Source: Candidatus Latescibacterota bacterium
Lineage (GTDB): Bacteria; Latescibacterota; UBA2968; GCA-2709665
DNA length: 64,000 nucleotides
Direction: 5' to 3'
Assembly (NCBI GenBank): GCA_965248435.1
Contig: OZ252100.1
Coordinates: forward strand, 4,480,001 to 4,544,000
The notes beneath the pieces are model-generated. The model was not told the origin of the DNA, ran no database searches, and saw only the letters and a list, made by a program, of their open reading frames with translations. Shown here in pieces: positions 60,101-64,000 of this stretch; the stretch's first letter is position 1; each line of letters begins with the position of its first letter. The position numbers and the translations under genes are program-made.

Positions 60101-60447
60101 ACGCCTACGAAGAGATGCGCCGAGAAAAGGGGGTCGGAATGGGCCTGAGTGACATCTACAGCGCCATCATGATCGGGGCGGTGGATCGGGTGCGGCCCAA
60201 GATGATGACGGTGACGGCGATTATGGCGGGACTGCTGCCGATTATGTGGGGCCACGGGACCGGCTCGCAGGTGATGAAGCGCATCGCCGCACCGATGGTG
60301 GGCGGGATGATCTCGTCTACTGTCTTGACGCTACTGGTCATTCCGGCGATCTATGCACTTTGGAAGGGGTGGGAACTGGGCAGGAAACCAGGGCAAGACA
60401 GAAGCGTGAAAGGAGAAGAGGGAGATGCGCAAGGCACATCCCGATAG
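57190..60447 (+). CDS. cusA: CusA/SilA-type heavy-metal RND permease
   Basis: DAIPDLSDVQVI, LGPDATGVGW, GAMVDAAIVMIEN, EFMPPL.EGDLLYMP, RPKMMT. Confidence 0.96.
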   Translation: MLEKIIEASLRNRFLIVLGTAFAIGWGLYAMWNTPLDAIPDLSDVQVIIFTEFPGQAPQVVEDQVTYPLTTAMLAVPYAKVVRGYSFFGLSFVYVIFEDGTDMYWARSRVLEYLNFVAGRLPSGVTPTLGPDATGVGWVYEYVLEDTTGAHDLSELRSIQDWYLRYELTSVPGVSEVASIGGFVKQYQVTVDPNRLLAYDMPLQKIKTAIRRSNNDVGGRLIEMGETEFMVRGLGYIKSLDDIRSIPVGVDANGTPVRVRDVATVELGPEMRRGLADWNGEGEIVGGIVVMRYGENALAVINRVHEKLEALKPGLPEGVVIQTAYDRSALILRAIDNLTEKLIEESVVVALVCIIFLLHFRSAFVAIFTLPVGILISFTVMLNQGINANIMSLGGIAIAIGAMVDAAIVMIENVHKHIERDGGKKEHWAIVLDASREVGPALFYSLLIITLSFLPVFTLQAQEGRLFKPLAFTKTYAMAAAAFLSITIVPVLMGYLIRGRILPERKNPVNRFLIWAYRPMIDWVLRNKVKTIVVGGVVLFVTVFPFSSTVLSRFSENPRSLSYRALVNVDRLFPLEKLGSEFMPPLYEGDLLYMPTTLPGISITKARELLQQTDKIIRTFPEVHHVFGKIGRAETATDPAPLSMIETTITLKPEKEWRPGMTPGKLVDDLNEALQFPGLTNTWTMPIKTRIDMLSTGIKTPVGIKVVGDDLEILQRLGRRIEKVMRRVPGTLSVYAERVAGGNYLDFEINREEAARYGLTVGDVQDVIMSAVGGMNITYTVEGLERYPVNLRYGRELRDNLPALRRVLVPAPTGAQVPIGQLADIRFRKGPPGIKSENARLNAWVYVDIKGIDVGTYVKRAQQAVLEGVAMPPGYTVIWSGQYEYMQRAEKRLKVVMPLTLGIIFLLLFLNFRNVIESLIVMLSLPFALVGGIWLIYLLDYNMSIAVGVGFIALGGVAAETGVVMLIYLDHAYEEMRREKGVGMGLSDIYSAIMIGAVDRVRPKMMTVTAIMAGLLPIMWGHGTGSQVMKRIAAPMVGGMISSTVLTLLVIPAIYALWKGWELGRKPGQDRSVKGEEGDAQGTSR

Positions 60448-60588
60448 CTGCTTGCCAAATGCTCAGATACGAGATTGAATGTCGCTGCTTCACGGGTGAC
60501 GATATCTTTTGGTGAGGGGGAATTAATGGCTTTATTTAGTGGTTGAACTTACCTGCCTACGCAGGCTTATAACCCTACTGAGGGGACC

Positions 60589-61872
60589 ATGGGAAATTCA
60601 AATGCAGAAACAGCGGACAGGGAAGGGGAGCGTCTGAATCCCCTGGACATCGCCAAGCAGCAGCTCGACCTTGCGGCGGAACGGCTCCAACTGGACCAGG
60701 CCACCCACGAGCGGCTGCGGCATCCAAGGCGGTCCTTTACCTTTTCGATTCCAACAGAGATGGATGATGGATCGGTCCAGGTTTTCACCGGTCATCGGGT
60801 GCACCACAACCTCCTCAGGGGACCGGCGAAGGGGGGGATCCGATATCACCCCGACGTGACGCTGGACGAGGTGACCGCACTCGCGATGTGGATGACCTGG
60901 AAGTGCGCCCTTGTGAATATCCCTTTCGGGGGCGGGAAAGGGGGTGTGGTATGCAATCCGAAAGAGATGACTGAAAATGAGCTGAGGCGCATGACGCGCC
61001 GGATGACATCGGAGCTTATGATCATTCTGGGTCACGACAAGGATGTGCCGGCGCCGGATGTCGGTACAAACGCTCAGACGATGGCGTGGATCCTGGACAC
61101 CTACAGCATGAATGTGGGCCACACGGTTCCGAGTGTGGTCACCGGTAAACCGCTATTTCTGGGCGGCTCCCAAGGGCGCGAGGAGGCTACATCCCGTGGA
61201 TGCGTCTTTACGGTGATGGACGCGCTCGAGAATCTGGAAATCCCGACGGAGGGGATCCGGGTGGCCGTCCAAGGATTTGGGAATGTGGGGCGGATCGCGG
61301 CCCAACTGATTGAGCGAGAGGGGGCCAGGGTCGTGGCAGTAAGCGACTCGCAGGGCGGGATCTACAACCCTAAGGGGCTCGACATGGACGCTGTCGTGGC
61401 CCACAAGCAGGAATCGGGGCAAGTCAAAGACTACCGGTCTTCGGATGCGGTCACGAACAGTGAGTTGCTGGAGTTGGAATGTGATGTACTCATTCCCGCT
61501 GCCCTCGAGAACCAGATTACGAAATCCAATGCATCAGAAATCAAGGCAAAGATCGTAGCGGAAGGAGCCAACGGGCCGACAACACCAGAGGCAGACCAGA
61601 TTCTGTTCGATCGGGGTGTTTTCATGGTTCCGGATATCCTTGCGAATGCCGGGGGTGTGACCGTTTCCTACTTTGAGTGGGTGCAGGGGCTGATGGAGTT
61701 CTTCTGGGAGGAGGAGGAGGTCAACCGAAGACTTAAGCGGATTATGCAGAAGGCTTTCGCGGAGACGCTGGAGGTATCGCGCAAAGAGAAGGTCGATATG
61801 CGTACGGCCAGCTACGAGTTGGCCGTGTCGAGGGTGGGCGAGGCCGCTCGTACGTTAGGAGTGTATCCTTAA
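60589..61872 (+). CDS. gdhA: Glu/Leu/Phe/Val dehydrogenase (glutamate dehydrogenase)
   Basis: GPAKGGIRYHP, GGGKGG, DVPAPD, QGFGNVG, EGANGP, NAGGVTVSYFEW. Confidence 0.93.
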   Translation: MGNSNAETADREGERLNPLDIAKQQLDLAAERLQLDQATHERLRHPRRSFTFSIPTEMDDGSVQVFTGHRVHHNLLRGPAKGGIRYHPDVTLDEVTALAMWMTWKCALVNIPFGGGKGGVVCNPKEMTENELRRMTRRMTSELMIILGHDKDVPAPDVGTNAQTMAWILDTYSMNVGHTVPSVVTGKPLFLGGSQGREEATSRGCVFTVMDALENLEIPTEGIRVAVQGFGNVGRIAAQLIEREGARVVAVSDSQGGIYNPKGLDMDAVVAHKQESGQVKDYRSSDAVTNSELLELECDVLIPAALENQITKSNASEIKAKIVAEGANGPTTPEADQILFDRGVFMVPDILANAGGVTVSYFEWVQGLMEFFWEEEEVNRRLKRIMQKAFAETLEVSRKEKVDMRTASYELAVSRVGEAARTLGVYP

Positions 61873-62036
61873 ATCACGGAGGCTATGGGGAAATCGGCAA
61901 ATACACGGAAGGGTCGGGTGAGGTATAAAGGCTGCGAGATGGCGCTAGATGAGAAGGACTCTGGTGTGCACGGAGGGCCACGGAAATTTCCGATTGCGGA
62001 ATGAAAGGCATCGTTTACCGCAAAGGAGTGCTCACA

Positions 62037-62246
62037 ATGTTTGGTTTCGGACACTGGGAAATTCTGATCATCGTGCTGGTCCTCGTGCTGATCTTCGGTG
62101 CCAGGCGGATTCCTGAGATGGCCAGGGGTGTGGGCAAGGGAATCATAGAATTCAAGAAGGCATTGGGTGAAGGCCGGAAAGAGGAAACTCCGAAAGAGAG
62201 TCCACAAGATCAGGCAGCCAAAGAGGAGGAAAAAGATGGAGAATGA
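62037..62246 (+). CDS. tatA: Twin-arginine translocase subunit TatA
   Basis: MFGFGHWEILII..LIFGARRIPE..RG.GKGI.EFKK. Confidence 0.93.
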   Translation: MFGFGHWEILIIVLVLVLIFGARRIPEMARGVGKGIIEFKKALGEGRKEETPKESPQDQAAKEEEKDGE

Positions 62247-62569
62247 ACCTCGTCCCCCGAAGGTGCATCAGGAATTCATAAATCGGTTTCCCAAACTCCA
62301 ACTGGCGTGGGAATCTATCGCCGAGGCCGGAAAGCAAGGCCCATTGGATGAGCGTACGGCCTGGCTCGTGACAACTGGGGATCGCCATCGGGGCACTTAG
62401 AGAGGGTGCTGTAGACGCCAGTGTGCGTAAAGGCCTCTCCCTGGGCATCTCACAGGAAGAGATCGAGCAGGTCGTCGCCCTGGCTGCGGGGACGATCGGC
62501 CTGCCTTCAACGGCGGCGGCCTTTTCCTGGGTTCAGGACGTGGTGGTCAAGAACCAGACCCCGGCTTGA
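62236..62569 (+). pseudogene. Carboxymuconolactone-decarboxylase/AhpD-family protein with +1 frameshift near 62371
   Basis: GPLDERT.WLV then LGIAIGA..EGAV...RK...GIS.EEIEQV in the next frame; length 334 nt. Confidence 0.7.
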
Positions 62570-62623
62570 GGCACGCCGGGGCGTTTTAATTTCCGTCGCT
62601 TGGTTCAACGCAAGTGACTCGCC

Positions 62624-62911
62624 CTACATCGTAATCGTCAGCTTTCTCCTGCGATCCGCTCGCGTACTGCTATGTCGGTCCTGCAGGTCTTCGACCGCGT
62701 CCTTCATCCCGCTGACTCGAAATCGATGGACCTCTTCATTTTCCCGCGTAGCCTTAAGCCTTTCGCGCGCCTGCTCAAGGCTGTCTTTATCCCTCCGCCG
62801 ACCGACACGAAGGGATTCAATGCGTTTCACCAGGTTCTGGATCTCGAACGCGGTATAGTACTTGAATGTTGCGAGGATGGCAAACGCGAGAATGGCAAGC
62901 AACCACCACAT
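62624..62911 (-). CDS. Small membrane-anchored coiled-coil protein
   Basis: N-terminal TM followed by a charged heptad region. Confidence 0.55.
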   Translation of the reverse strand: MWWLLAILAFAILATFKYYTAFEIQNLVKRIESLRVGRRRDKDSLEQARERLKATRENEEVHRFRVSGMKDAVEDLQDRHSSTRADRRRKLTITM

Positions 62912-62964
62912 AAGACCGTCCTATGAGGGTGGACCTTTCCTCCTAGAGAGCATCCGGCGTGCGA

Positions 62965-63183
62965 TCACGAATGGTACAGGAGTTGATCCAGGAACTGCCT
63001 GGACAACTGTGTTTCTTCTATCCTCGAGGAAAAATCCGTCCTGAACTTCTCTATGCCAGGGAAACGCCGGCCTGGCTTCACGATCACCAGCCAAAAGTAG
63101 AGAATCACCAGTCCAACGATCAGCGCCCCGATGATGGCATAACCAATGATTTTCCTACGCCTCAGGATCTTTCTTTGCCTCAT
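62965..63183 (-). CDS. Small single-TM protein
   Basis: MRQRKILRRRK followed by a hydrophobic helix. Confidence 0.5.
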   Translation of the reverse strand: MRQRKILRRRKIIGYAIIGALIVGLVILYFWLVIVKPGRRFPGIEKFRTDFSSRIEETQLSRQFLDQLLYHS

Positions 63184-63655
63184 TAAAGTTCCGCTTACCA
63201 TAACAGGCATCACCTCTCTTCGATGCAGCACAAACGAGAATAGCCGCACCTGCCCAAAGTCTTCGGCAGTGCGGCTATATTTTGATTTTATGAGCCTCTT
63301 CTTCTGACCCCGTGTTTGACACCAGGCCAGATGAGGACACATGATTTTTCACGCCCAGACTTCTCTGCAGATGGCCCTTCTCTGAGGGCTTTTTACAAAC
63401 TAAACTGAATCATCCATAGGCGTCCTCCCCGACAGAGGAAAATCCGCCGGCACAATTCGCTAACCGCGCTTTACAATGATAAATGTACCAGGTTATGGTT
63501 CACCGTCAAGCTGTGGAGTCTTGAAAAGTGGCTGACCAGGGGCGCCGGCGGACTGCGGATAAGATTCCCTTCATGATAATTGGAAAACGGATGAGATTTT
63601 CTTATAACATAGCTTAAAATATGATGTTGCGATCGTCTTTTCTCGAAAAACGGTA

Positions 63656-63684
63656 TTGACATCTGTTGGGATGTAGGCTATAAT
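63656..63684 (+). promoter_or_regulatory. Perfect-consensus sigma70 promoter
   Basis: TTGACA-17-TATAAT. Confidence 0.85.
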
Positions 63685-63708
63685 TTAGGCAGAAGTTGAA
63701 AGTAAGAA

Positions 63709-63884
63709 GCGTGGGCGCACCATCCGAAATGATCTGTGTTCGACCGAGCGGCTTGCGCAGCACGGAAACCATGGATCGTCAGCGTAATTTCTGACCTGGA
63801 ATACAATATTCCGAAACGGCCCGAATGGCGCTGGCCAACGGTCTGAGTGAAGGGATCACGGATGTGAGTTGCGTGCCCAGACGC
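63709..63884 (+). ncRNA. Candidate structured RNA of unrecognised class
   Basis: Nested long-range pairings GCGT/ACGC, TGGGCGC/GTGCCCA, CATCCG/CGGATG, TGATCT/GGATCA, GACCG/CGGTC plus two inner hairpins; no ORF of 60 aa or more. Confidence 0.55.
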
Positions 63885-63921
63885 AGTGCAGGAAAGGAGG
63901 CTACGTGGATTTCTGTCTAAC

Positions 63922-63979
63922 GTGGCCGTGAGCGGATAGCTTCTGATTGGTTTCTTGCTCGCGGCCGCGTTCTTTTTTG
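63922..63979 (+). terminator. Intrinsic terminator
   Basis: GTGGCCGTGAGC/GCTCGCGGCCGC stem followed by TTCTTTTTT. Confidence 0.7.
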
Positions 63980-64000
63980 TCCATATGATCTTACCTCTCA

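Noticed and set aside
57082-60255. 1057-aa minus-strand ORF
   Set aside because: Antisense shadow of cusA; low-complexity His/Arg-rich translation with no domain motifs
63431-63452. GAGGAAAATCCG resembling the RNase P RNA conserved region
   Set aside because: Mismatch to GAGGAAAGTCC, and none of the other conserved RNase P elements is present

Overview
A GC-rich bacterial window. A PorV gene, a T9SS-type C-terminal sorting domain and a dockerin-like EF-hand tail suggest an FCB-group lineage such as Latescibacterota; this is an inference. Positions 1-25.5 kb hold housekeeping and envelope genes: eno, an HDOD/PAS signalling operon, a PorV-headed secreted-protein operon, rmlD, a GT2, ctpA, an ABC transporter, glnE and glnB. 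Positions ~25.6-60.5 kb form a respiratory/redox island. It contains a FixL-like heme-PAS kinase (frameshifted) with a sigma54-dependent response regulator, an RsbW-like gene, a porin-YceI-YceI module, and a complete Nitrospira/anammox-type periplasmic NXR-like Mo enzyme cluster (diheme c/heme b subunit, alpha, beta, TorD chaperone, two unknown genes). It also carries mobB, nnrS, an extra sigma70, an alginate-export porin, a Lon-like protease and a CusCBA-type efflux operon with a Cys-rich leader. The clearest unexplained signal is four sigma54 (-24/-12) promoters, each 95-130 bp downstream of the same palindrome (TGRGACA-N4-YGTCYCA, usually in tandem 20 bp apart). This defines a candidate O2-controlled regulon linking the NXR-like enzyme to porin/YceI, anti-sigma, Cys-rich and copper-efflux genes. 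The window ends with gdhA, tatA and a perfect sigma70 promoter driving a ~175-nt highly structured candidate ncRNA, followed by an 8-codon ORF and a terminator. Several single-base frameshifts, GTAG-type REP palindromes and heptamer repeats are also present. No rRNA, tRNA, CRISPR array or intact transposase was seen.
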